The notes under the pieces were generated by a model. That model searched no databases, had not been told where the DNA came from, and saw nothing but the letters and a program-made list of their open reading frames with translations. A stretch of 64,000 nt of DNA from Marispirochaeta sp. (GTDB lineage: Bacteria > Spirochaetota > Spirochaetia > JC444 > Marispirochaetaceae): NCBI GenBank assembly GCA_963676835.2, contig CAXXFF010000001.1, forward strand, positions 800,001 through 864,000, written 5' to 3'. Positions within the stretch are counted from its first letter, which is position 1. Each line of letters begins with the position of its first letter. The position numbers and the translations under genes are program-made. This document shows positions 19,971 to 28,770 of this stretch, piece by piece.

Positions 19971-20184
19971 TAACAACGGATATATGGCGTAGCAATTCGC
20001 CGACAGGCGACATTGCAGCCCCAGGCTTTGCGAAGCAAAACGCAGGGGGTAAAGGTTTGGGACCACACAGATAATAGGGGTTTCGCAAAGGGGGTAAGGC
20101 ACGGATTTTTCTTCTTTAAAAATAAAAAATCCGTGAACGGCTTCTTCGCCCCTGCCCCATTTTATCCGCGGACATCCGTTGTTA
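19971..20184. repeat. 214-bp structured element bounded by an 11-bp terminal inverted repeat
   Basis: TAACAACGGAT (19971-19981) / ATCCGTTGTTA (20174-20184) with at least three internal hairpins. Confidence 0.55.
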
Positions 20185-20330
20185 CCCCAACTCCTTTAAT
20201 CCGTAGGCTGTCCAAGGTGCCGGTAGGCTATCTCATCAACTTTCGCAACACTAAGGTCGAGTGGCGCAGGTTCATTGTTACGGGGGAGTAATTCCCCCTT
20301 TTTAGTCGTCCTAAAAATGAAATAATGAAA

Positions 20331-20627
20331 CTAAGCCCCTTTGCTTAACTCTTCCAGCATTTCCTTTCTCAGCAGATTATTCATTAATGTCTGGTACCCT
20401 TTTCCATGACTTTTGAGCCATAACAGTACATCTGCATCAATCCTTGCGGTAATCTGTTTCTTCCTCGGCTTGTATTCATCAGAAAACAGTACAGCCTTTC
20501 TGAAGTCGTCCTCATTCCATTCGGGGATATCGCTGGTATCAATTTCAGAATCCGGTAGCTCTGAGAGTTTTTTGAGTCGTTCTTTCTGTTCATCCGTAAG
20601 AGGGCTAAACCCACGTACCTTCTTCAT
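20331..20627 (-). CDS. brnA: BrnA antitoxin
   Basis: IDTSDIPEW...KPRKKQITARIDADVLLWLKSHGKGYQTLMNNLLR. Confidence 0.9.
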   Translation of the reverse strand: MKKVRGFSPLTDEQKERLKKLSELPDSEIDTSDIPEWNEDDFRKAVLFSDEYKPRKKQITARIDADVLLWLKSHGKGYQTLMNNLLRKEMLEELSKGA

Positions 20628-20892
20628 AGCTTCTTCTCTCCTGCCGAGTCGCTTTTCTGGCCGATATTATTCGTATAACAGGCTCATCACCGTGCAATCG
20701 CAAGGTATAAACAGCCAGAATAATAAGCTCCTCACCTACATGGCCCAGTATTTGCCAGCGGTGCTCCAATTCGTGATAATCCTGTCGGGTAACCGCAAGC
20801 GGATCGGCAAATACATACCGTGCATCTTCAAATGAAATATGGTGCCGCTGTAAGTTTAACTTGTTTTTATTCTCATCCCATTCGAAGAACAT
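20605..20892 (-). CDS. brnT: BrnT ribonuclease toxin
   Basis: FEWDENKNKLNLQRHHISFEDA...RIISARKATRQERRSY. Confidence 0.92.
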   Translation of the reverse strand: MFFEWDENKNKLNLQRHHISFEDARYVFADPLAVTRQDYHELEHRWQILGHVGEELIILAVYTLRLHGDEPVIRIISARKATRQERRSYEEGTWV

Positions 20893-20898
20893 AGCATA

Positions 20899-20933
20899 AG
20901 TATACTATTGTAGTTACATTTTAGCAACTACAA
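20899..20933 (-). promoter_or_regulatory. brnTA promoter with overlapping operator
   Basis: TTGCTA-17 nt-TATACT-6 nt-ATG; inverted repeat TTGTAGTT-N10-AACTACAA (20908-20933). Confidence 0.65.
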
Positions 20934-21044
20934 CAATTATGCCCTTTCTAAATGACATTGTAATCAAGATTCTCACTTTTTTAGTTCACCGAATCATTCA
21001 ATTGGAGCAGACATCCCGGTTCCCCGGGATGCAGTTCAATTGAG

Positions 21045-21398
21045 TCATTCGGCGGGAGATGAATTTTTCCGACTTTTACAGATTCGTCGTACATTAAAAT
21101 AGTTAATAAGACTTAGAACAAACAAGCAGGAAAATACCCCGAAAATCAAACCAAGGCTTACTCGCAGCCATGCTGGTAAAAACAGAAAATTCGGATAGAA
21201 AATTTTAGCGCAGATATAGAATGTTAGAAATAAAAGTCCATAAACATATAAATAATATCTTAGTCTCTTTTTTTTCTTAAACAAATTCTCATAGTTCAGC
21301 AGCTTCATTTGTGCTGCTGCATTTTTACCTTTTATCTGGATGAGAATAACTAAAAACACCAGAAAAAGTGTATAGACTACTGTTATTGCTATATGCAT
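21045..21398 (-). CDS. Small AT-rich membrane protein (3 TM)
   Basis: MHIAITVVYTLFLVFLVILIQ...; three hydrophobic stretches. Confidence 0.55.
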   Translation of the reverse strand: MHIAITVVYTLFLVFLVILIQIKGKNAAAQMKLLNYENLFKKKKRLRYYLYVYGLLFLTFYICAKIFYPNFLFLPAWLRVSLGLIFGVFSCLFVLSLINYFNVRRICKSRKNSSPAE

Positions 21399-21461
21399 TT
21401 TATAACTCCAATGCCTGAAGCACTTGTGCGTGGATCCAGTAACTGCTTTAAAGACAACAGG

Positions 21462-21534
21462 GTTTTGCCTGGAAGTTGGAGTTTTCGCGGACACGGATAT
21501 GGGTGTTTAATTTGACGGTAGTTTCTTTGAAGAG
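21462..21534 (-). pseudogene. Degenerate remnant of the SH3b-encoding conserved block (copy D)
   Basis: gttttgcctggaagttggagttttcgcggacacggatatgggtgt...gtttctttgaagag aligns to 23722-23797 with substitutions and a short indel. Confidence 0.75.
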
Positions 21535-21537
21535 TAC

Positions 21538-21756
21538 TTAAATCTGGTCAGATTCCTGGAGCTTTAAAAGCTCTTTTGCCAGAGAATCTACAGATTCATC
21601 TTTTAAAAGATCATTCCTCTCTTTTGTATAATCACCGTAGCCGCGACTGTACTGATGTAAAAACTCTATAGTCACATCAGCACCAAGTTCTCTGGTCAGA
21701 ATTTCAAGACCAACCATTCTAATTTTTTCAGGACTCATTCCTTGTGTATTTATCAT
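21538..21756 (-). CDS. Putative antitoxin partner of the upstream PIN toxin
   Basis: MINTQGMSPEKIRMVGLEILTRELG...GDYTKER; start overlaps the PIN stop (ATGA). Confidence 0.7.
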   Translation of the reverse strand: MINTQGMSPEKIRMVGLEILTRELGADVTIEFLHQYSRGYGDYTKERNDLLKDESVDSLAKELLKLQESDQI

Positions 21757-22198
21757 GTAATCACCACCTGCAGCCATACAACAGGTTTTTCAACTCTTAT
21801 CTCAAGTATATTCTCATGCTTTCTGCCTTTATTTACAAGCTTAGCATCAACTGTTAAAAAAACATCAACCTTCAGTGTCTCCGCACAGGCAAGATGCAGG
21901 GCATCCATTGCACCGAAACCTAATGTTTCAAGTTCTTTTGCCCTGCTGATTTCCTTTTGTGTTGCGAAGATTTTCTCAGAAAGCCCTTCAAGAAAAGCAA
22001 GGACGCTATCTCTTTTTCTATATCCGGTGTCCTGTTTATTTCAAGATTCAAGACACTGCTCCCAACCCAGCAAACGTCACCTTGCCGTAAATGCTTCAAG
22101 TTAAACCGTATTGCTTCTGACTCAAGATGGATGCGTTCCTGCTCCTGATCATCAAAAGGTCTGTTTAAACAGCATACATCCAGATATACCCTTTTCAT
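21753..22198 (-). pseudogene. PIN-domain toxin, frameshifted
   Basis: MKRVYLDVCCLNRPFDDQ..., continues in another frame (...DALHLACAE...VFLTVD) after one missing base in the A5 run at 22013-22017. Confidence 0.8.
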
Positions 22199-22263
22199 CT
22201 CTACAATCATTTTACAGTTGAACTTTCCTATTCGTCTATCTTCTTAACAGTCACTACTCCGGC

Positions 22264-22287
22264 GGCCTGCGACTCCGCTCAGGCACC
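22264..22287. repeat. REP-like hairpin repeat, cluster 1
   Basis: ggcctgcgactccgctcaggcacc. Confidence 0.75.
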
Positions 22288-22312
22288 TCTGGTACGTCGC
22301 GGGGTGAGGGGT

Positions 22313-22595
22313 CCGACTCCTCATACACCGTAACCACCCCGTCGCCGTTATACCGCAGCTCTCCCTGCTCCTCGGCCAGGTCAAGGAAGGCACCGAAGCA
22401 CCAGCCGGAGAGGCCGTCGGATTCCCGGACTATGCGGTAGCTTTTTCCCGGTTCTCACCGGAGGTGTTCGCCCCAGGGGTCGATGGTCTCTTGGGGGCCG
22501 GAACGGTCAAGGACTTTTACCGTATCGCCCTATTCCAGGAAGCCCATGTGTTTTGCCTGGAGGTTGGGGTTTTCGCGGACACGGAAGTGGGTGTC
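22313..22595 (-). pseudogene. 3' remnant of the SH3b partner gene (copy C)
   Basis: Close match to 23504-23767, with an insertion near 22440-22462 and a mutated stop; 5' part absent. Confidence 0.85.
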
Positions 22596-22611
22596 TATGA
22601 ATTATAGAAAT

Positions 22612-23016
22612 TCAGGTATTTTCCAGAAGTGAAAGAAACTCGCTGTAATTTACGATTCGGATGTTTTCGAAGGGATCAAGTACAAGCAAATCTTCATCTC
22701 CGGAGACAATACAGTCAGCTTCAGCACTCAAAGCCATTTCCAGCAGATAGTTATCTTTTTTATCCCGACAGGCATCCGTATGCGCTGCAACTTTCACCCA
22801 CTCCGCCTTGCGGCTTAAATAATGCAGAAGGAACCTTTTCTTTTCCGGGGTAAAATATTTTTCCAATTTCGGACGTTCCAGTACTTCAAACAATTCTTCA
22901 AGTTGTTCATCACAGGTGAGTACCGTAACTGTGTTTTCGATTTTCCCAACAAGATTATCAAGACTTTTTCCAATCAGGAAGCTGATCCAGATATTAGTGT
23001 CGATAACGACCCGCAT
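22612..23016 (-). CDS. PIN-domain toxin (putative TA toxin)
   Basis: MRVVIDTNIWIS...CRDKKDNYLLEMA...IVSGDEDLL. Confidence 0.9.
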   Translation of the reverse strand: MRVVIDTNIWISFLIGKSLDNLVGKIENTVTVLTCDEQLEELFEVLERPKLEKYFTPEKKRFLLHYLSRKAEWVKVAAHTDACRDKKDNYLLEMALSAEADCIVSGDEDLLVLDPFENIRIVNYSEFLSLLENT

Positions 23017-23221
23017 AATACCTTTTTTCACGTACAGCTTCGACTTCAGTAGTTATTTCGTCCATCGACAGGGGAACATCTTCCATTTCATCGCGGAATT
23101 TCAGGAACTCCCCCTGCAAGGTCTGGCTATCCAGATAGCGGGCTAATTGCGCTTTTTCATCTGTTCCAAGTTGCTCCACAAGAGCTTTTACCTGGTTATA
23201 GGTCAGCTGTAACTGGGCCAT
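22994..23221 (-). CDS. Putative antitoxin of the PIN toxin
   Basis: 75 aa, overlaps the PIN start; SMDEITTEVEAVR motif. Confidence 0.72.
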   Translation of the reverse strand: MAQLQLTYNQVKALVEQLGTDEKAQLARYLDSQTLQGEFLKFRDEMEDVPLSMDEITTEVEAVREKRYYAGRYRH

Positions 23222-23316
23222 TTTCTACTACCTCACCGTTTCATTATACTTCAATTTACTGTTAACGTCATCTTTCAGGAGAGCTCTTAGAAGTTAAAGA
23301 GCTCTCATTAAGTCCG

Positions 23317-23476
23317 CTGCCTGCGACTCCGGCTGCCTTCGACTACGCTCAGGCACCACATCTACAGGGTGATTGCTGGAGGGACTGCCTTCGACTTCGC
23401 TGCCTTCGACTACGCTCAGGCACCGCGGCATAAAAGTGAATGCTGGCGGGACTGCCTTCGACTCCGCTCAGGCATC
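23317..23476. repeat. REP-like hairpin repeat, cluster 2 (3 full and 2 partial copies)
   Basis: CTGCCTTCGACT(A/C)CGCTCAGGCA at about 23333, 23400 and 23452. Confidence 0.85.
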
Positions 23477-23503
23477 GCTGGTATGACGCGGGGGTGAGGG
23501 CCC

Positions 23504-24787
23504 CTACTCCTCATACACCGTAACCATCCCATCCCCTTTATACCGCAGCTCACCCTGCTCCTCGGCCAGGTTTAGAAAGGCTCCGAAGCACCAGCCGGAG
23601 AGGCTGTCGGATTCCCGGACTATGCGGTACCAGGGGTGTTCGCCCCAGGGGTCGATGGTCTCTTTGGGGCCGGAGCGGTCAAGGACTTTTACCGTTTCGC
23701 CCTGTTCCAGGAAGCCCATGTGTTTTGCCTGGAGGTTAGGGTTTTCGCGGACACGGATGTGGGTGTCGGTTACTTTGGCGGTGGTTTCTTTGAAGAGGAG
23801 GTTGTGGGTCATTAGCCAGTCGCGGAGGGGGGTTGCGTCGACGAGGTAGGCTTTATTGTCTATGTCGCAGAGGCCCCATTTAAAGTTGGGAGAAAATCGT
23901 ATAGTTCTTGGTTTGCCCTGCACTGATATGTTCAGCTTCTTTGCTTGTTCCGGATGACCTATTGGCTGCATCCAGTAGTTTCCGTCAGGATATGATCCAC
24001 ATGGAACCAGTATATGTTCATTGCCAACAAACTGACCGCCGAAGTCTTCGTCTCCACTATCTCCATCTTCCGGATTTGGATGGCCATAACCGATTTCTTC
24101 TTTCTCATCCTCAATCCGGTAGAGAATAAAATCACGGTCCTCAAGCTTATAATCATCTGGTCGAGATGGTCTTTCATCAGTATCAATCAGCACGTATTCT
24201 TTGTCTGGGGATATTGCATGAATTATCCCATGAATAGGCAATCGACGGTTGGTCTCTGTGGCCAGGTTCAAACGGCTTATTGCACTGGGTCCGGAGTCAA
24301 GAGGCTTTAACTCATTCATCTGCAGGTAGCCCTCGTCGCTCTGGTAGTAGAAAAATGATCTCATCGGCCAGTACGTTAGATCCTGGTTCTCCTGTATGAA
24401 ACGATCAACAAAGGGATAGGCTTCAGATTCACTGGTTTTGAGATCATATACAACATTAGGCAAATTGCCTTCCTGTAGTGTAATAATTTTATTCTCCCAT
24501 GGCCCAAGAATCCTTGTGAAATGCACAAGTCCGAGCGAGCGGGAAGCCATAGATTCAAGGTCAATTATTCTGCAGTCAGTATCATTCATCCTTGGAGCGA
24601 ATCTAATAATTGCATATTTATTTGTTAATACCGAAGCATAAGTATCTGAACCGACTCTCTGATTCACCGATAATGATATTGCTTCCGGCTGCGCTACAGC
24701 AACTATCACAGGCATACAGAAAAAGGCTACAACCAGAAGTATCCGAATAGCAGTTCTTTTAACATTATCTTTACTAGAATTCCTCAT
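23504..24787 (-). CDS. Secreted protein with a variable N-terminal region and a C-terminal SH3b domain (cassette B partner, putative immunity protein)
   Basis: GGGGAGG RBS, signal peptide (ILLVVAFFCMPVIVAVA), C-terminus IRVRENPNLQAK...GETVKVL...WYRI...GWCFGAFL. Confidence 0.8.
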   Translation of the reverse strand: MRNSSKDNVKRTAIRILLVVAFFCMPVIVAVAQPEAISLSVNQRVGSDTYASVLTNKYAIIRFAPRMNDTDCRIIDLESMASRSLGLVHFTRILGPWENKIITLQEGNLPNVVYDLKTSESEAYPFVDRFIQENQDLTYWPMRSFFYYQSDEGYLQMNELKPLDSGPSAISRLNLATETNRRLPIHGIIHAISPDKEYVLIDTDERPSRPDDYKLEDRDFILYRIEDEKEEIGYGHPNPEDGDSGDEDFGGQFVGNEHILVPCGSYPDGNYWMQPIGHPEQAKKLNISVQGKPRTIRFSPNFKWGLCDIDNKAYLVDATPLRDWLMTHNLLFKETTAKVTDTHIRVRENPNLQAKHMGFLEQGETVKVLDRSGPKETIDPWGEHPWYRIVRESDSLSGWCFGAFLNLAEEQGELRYKGDGMVTVYEE

Positions 24788-24853
24788 AATTGTGCGGATC
24801 CTCCCCTCATCTCTTCCATAATACAACTTCGAATTTTCACCGACACGTTCTCC

Positions 24854-26556
24854 CTATTCCTCAAAGAAACGCTGAATATCCCAGCGGTCCTCTTTGAAAA
24901 TATCTGTAACAGTAATATCCTTCCCACTCAAAGGTATTTGTTCTTCAAGTTTATCATGAAAGTAGATCCAGCTATGCGCAGAAGGGTAACTATCGCTGAT
25001 TGGAAGCCATGGAGAACCGGGCGCTGATACATACGTATTAATCCATGCATCGCTTGTAACTATCTCCGGGTCACCATTAACTATTTCATAGTTATCCCTG
25101 ACAGTATCAAAACTTGCCCAATCACCAACAATTCTTGACCACCAGCCGTAGGTATTCCGGGTAATTACCGGTCCATCAGTTTCTTCATTATACTTCTGCA
25201 TAAAAAGAGATTCATCGAAGCAGGAGAGGGGATCTACTCTCTGCCATATAGTATTCCCATCGCCATCCAGGAACGTCTCGTATACCTCCAGATGAATATG
25301 GGCACCGGTAGAGACTACACCCACATTGCCGATATAACCAAGCCGGTCTCCTGCTTCAACCCGGATGAAGCTTGCATCCGTAATCTCAGAAGCCTCAATC
25401 CCACTTATCGGCTGCAGGGTATCGCCGGGAGTCCCAAGCATGGACCCGGTAGCTGCACCGTATTGCCCGGTATATGGAAAATTCGTTTGAGGTGCACCTT
25501 CATCTCTGTTTCCCAGATGACAAAAGAGATATACCCTGCCCTGCTTGGGATCATCCGGCCTGGTTACAAGCGCACCGATCCAGCCATAGGTATGAGAACT
25601 ATAGCCATAGAGTTCTCCGGTTTTGATACCTGAACCTGAGAAGACAGGTAAATTCTGTGGGGCATCCCATTCTATAGACCGCCACAAATAGAATATCCCA
25701 TCCTCCGGTGCCAGGAAAACGGCATTCTTCGTATCACCATCAATAGCAGAGTCCCCAGGCTCAGCTGCAGGATCATTCCAGTAGCTTAGAGCATCTCCCG
25801 CCCCTATTGCCGGTACAGAATCAAAAACTCCAACCCTGGAAAGGTCCACACCATAATGGTAGCGTAAAAGAATCCATTATTACTGGTATTTAAATTACGC
25901 CAACCCGTAAGCTGGGTGACCTTCGCATGATGCAGAGAAGGAAAGAGTGACTGAGGAGTTCTGTACGATAGGGAGGTTGAGGGCAGTTCCCGGTGGTAGT
26001 AATTTCCTTTATTTTCAATATCAGAAACAGATATTTCTCCACCAATAAGCTTGTCACGCATAAGGTCAACAGCTGTTTCAAGGTCACTTTCCTCACTATA
26101 GCCGGACGGGATCTCAACAACTTTCCGCGGAACCTCCGTCGCCGGCGGATAATAACTCCTCAACTTAACCTTATACTCATCCAGCAACTCCCACCCCGGC
26201 TTCTCCCCCGCCGCGCTCAGCTCCCCGGTCGCACTCTTCTTCAATAACCTTCGGGCATGGTATTTACCCGGTTCCAGGCTGAAGCCGCCGAAGCCCCCAG
26301 CGGGGTTGCCCCAGGTTGCAAGGCTTACCTGACGCAGGCTGCGGTTAACGGATATGAGGTAGATGCTGTTCATGTAGTCCTGTGAGGTGGCGCTGCTGTC
26401 GAGGCCGGCAAAGTTAGTGCGGACCACCACGCCGAGATGGGTTTCGCCGGTGTCGTTGGTACGCATAATGAGGTCCCCCGGGCGGATTTGGGAGAGGGAG
26501 GGGATTATGGTGGTTATGCGTTCGAGTTCCGGCGATACTGAGACTGTACTTTTCAT
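24854..26556 (-). pseudogene. M23 peptidase cassette B (about 567 aa once a 1-bp frameshift at 25866-25869 is repaired)
   Basis: ORFs 25804-26556 and 24854-25849 join to restore YHYGVD; YLFCHL, GDRLGYIGNVG..STGAHIHLEV, RVDPL; paralogue of 31676-33202. Confidence 0.82.
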
Positions 26557-26767
26557 GATGAGAAAATGGTATCATGCCTTTTCTATTACTTCCAGTATAA
26601 GCAGTTACAATCTTCCAAAACAGGTATGGCCATACAGTTTTAAAATAGCAATACGATCGACCTGTATGGGTAAAGCAACAATAAGCGGGAACTGCATGAT
26701 TCTACCGGGAATCTCTCAACGCATATCCGTCTTGCTCCCGCTTTCTATAGTGCAGTATACTAAAGGC

Positions 26768-27655
26768 ATGAATAGAAAACGTCCTTTAAACCCAATGGAT
26801 GACATCTTTGTCAAATATCTTCTGGGAACAGAAGAGAACAAAGATCTGCTTATAAGCTTTATCAACGCCGTATTGGACGAAAAAGGGTATGACCTCGTTT
26901 TGGATGTTGAGATTAAAAATCCCTTCAATCCGGCCAAGATTATTGAGTCCAAGTTTTCTGTTCTGGATATTAAGGCAAAAGACACCAAAGGCAGGATGAT
27001 CAACATAGAGGTACAGGTAAGCTCAGACCCCTATTTTGCATCGCGAAGTCTCTACTACTGGGCAAAGATTTACAGCGATCAACTGGAATCGGGGGATCAA
27101 TACAGGGAGCTGAATCAGACAATATGCATAAACCTTTTGTCGTTTAATCTCTTTGAAACCCAGGACAGTTTCCACAGCTGTTTTCAGATAACAGAAGTTG
27201 GAAAACCGGAAAATATACTTACAGAAGATCTTCAGATTCATTTTCTCGAAATAGAAAAACTGAAATCGCACCTGGAAAAACATGAGCCAAGGGATACCCT
27301 GGAAGGCTGGTGTTATTACTTCTTAAATGAAGGCCTGATCGAGGAGGACAAGATGCCCGTTTTACTGAAAAAGGACAAGATCTTTAACAAAGCCGGCTCA
27401 ATATACAGAAACTTTACCGCCGATGAAGAAAAAATGGAGCTTATTGAAGCCCGTGAAAAATGGCTTAAGGATTACAATTCCAAAATAGAGTCTGTACGTC
27501 AGGAAGGACGTCAGGAAGGTCGTCAGGAAGGTCAGCAAGAAGGACGTCAACAGGGCCATATGGAAGATGCCAGAAACCTGAAGCAGCTGGGGGTTGATCT
27601 GACTATTATTTCCAAGGCAACCGGGTTAGCCCTTGATGTTATTGAGAAATTGTAA
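26768..27655 (+). CDS. Rpn/YhgA-like PD-(D/E)XK nuclease (long form)
   Basis: NPMDDIFVKYLLG, LDIKAKD...INIEVQ, RSLYYWAKIYSDQL, EG-rich C-terminal repeats; start at ATG 26768. Confidence 0.92.
   Translation: MNRKRPLNPMDDIFVKYLLGTEENKDLLISFINAVLDEKGYDLVLDVEIKNPFNPAKIIESKFSVLDIKAKDTKGRMINIEVQVSSDPYFASRSLYYWAKIYSDQLESGDQYRELNQTICINLLSFNLFETQDSFHSCFQITEVGKPENILTEDLQIHFLEIEKLKSHLEKHEPRDTLEGWCYYFLNEGLIEEDKMPVLLKKDKIFNKAGSIYRNFTADEEKMELIEAREKWLKDYNSKIESVRQEGRQEGRQEGQQEGRQQGHMEDARNLKQLGVDLTIISKATGLALDVIEKL
27353..27655 (+). CDS. Putative in-frame nested short Rpn (RpnS-type antitoxin), 100 aa
   Basis: GAGGAGG at 27341-27347 followed 5 nt later by an in-frame ATG. Confidence 0.6.
   Translation: MPVLLKKDKIFNKAGSIYRNFTADEEKMELIEAREKWLKDYNSKIESVRQEGRQEGRQEGQQEGRQQGHMEDARNLKQLGVDLTIISKATGLALDVIEKL
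27497..27555 (+). repeat. 12-bp coding tandem repeat (RQEG x about 5)
   Basis: cgtcaggaagga cgtcaggaaggt cgtcaggaaggt cagcaagaagga cgtcaacaggg. Confidence 0.85.
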
Positions 27656-27672
27656 GGTTTAGTTGATTAGGA

Positions 27673-27745
27673 CTGCCTTCGACTCCGCTCAGGCACCGCG
27701 TCATAAAGGTGAATGCGGACCTGCCTTCGACTCCGCTCAGGCAGC
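27673..27745. repeat. REP-like hairpin repeat, cluster 3 (2 copies)
   Basis: CTGCCTTCGACTCCGCTCAGGCA at about 27674 and 27721. Confidence 0.85.
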
Positions 27746-28770
27746 GCTGGTATGACGCGGGGTGAGGGGCCCTACTCCTCATACACCGTAACCATCCCCT
27801 CCCCGTTATACCGCAGCTCACCCTGCTCCTCGGCCAGGTCAAGAAACGCTCCGAAGCACCAGCCGGAGAGGCCGTCGGATTCCCGGACTATGCGGTACCA
27901 GGGGTGTTCGCCCCAGGGGTCGATGGTCTCTTTGGGGCCGGAGCGGTCAAGGACTTTTACCGTTTCGCCCTGTTCCAGGAAGCCCATGTGTTTTGCCTGG
28001 AGGTTGGGGTTTTCGCGGACACGGATGTGGGTGTCGGTTACTTTGGCGGTGGTTTCTTTGAATAGGAGATTGTGGGTCATTAGCCAGTTGCGGAGGGGGG
28101 TTGAATCTACCAGATATGGAATATGGTCAACTTCGCACAGGGCCCGGGTAAAATCGGGGGAGAACCTGAAATTTGTCTGCTTGCCTTTAGCTGTAAGATT
28201 AAGCTTGACTGCATGTTCAGGATCACCGATATACTGCAAGAAATAATTTTTAGGATTGGTTTTTAAATAATCTTCCTTAGGAGTAAATGGTAGTAATACA
28301 TTCTCATTGCCGACAAAATGCCCTCCATAGTCAATATCACCAGGATCTCCACCACCCATGAAAGGCACACCATACCCTTGTACAATACTTCCTGTAGCAA
28401 TCTCATAAAGTATAAAATCTCTATCTTCAAGCTTATAAGATTCAAAGTTCTCACTTTGCTCGTCCTTATCAATCAGAAGATACTTCTTGTCTGGGGATAT
28501 AGCATGAATTACACCCGTAACAGGAAATGTAGATTCTTCGAAGGTAGAAAAATCCAAAACTCCAATTTTACTTGTGTACACCGGCCGAAAACGGACACCC
28601 ATTCCGGAGGAAAGCGGACAGTGATTCCGGGCAAAAACGGACACCTGTTCCGGCCGAAAACGGACAGTTTTTCCGGAGCGCCGGAATTGCTTTAACCTGA
28701 AATAAGAAATCCTCGATTAACACGAGCACTCTCGTCACAATAGCAAAACTACTATTTGACGGAGTACAGA

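Noticed and set aside
20013..20291. 92-aa ORF in the structured intergenic element
   Set aside because: TTG start without RBS, low-complexity translation, and it overlaps hairpins better explained as non-coding.
19274..23300. Bona fide integron cassette array
   Set aside because: No integrase in the window and only one attC-like element; the other genes are not followed by recognisable attC sites.
23317..23476. Possible mini-CRISPR array (about 25-bp repeats with about 27-bp spacers)
   Set aside because: Spacers are homologous to each other, only 2-3 units occur per cluster, repeats are partly truncated and there are no cas genes; a REP-like element fits better.
26387..26767. N-terminal extension of the Rpn ORF
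   Set aside because: Antisense to cassette B and intergenic DNA; the promoter and family motif point to ATG 26768.
23504..28103. Diversity-generating retroelement (TR/VR pair) explaining the near-identical 3' blocks
   Set aside because: Differences are not restricted to adenines, the repeated block is the conserved rather than the variable part, and no reverse transcriptase lies in the window.
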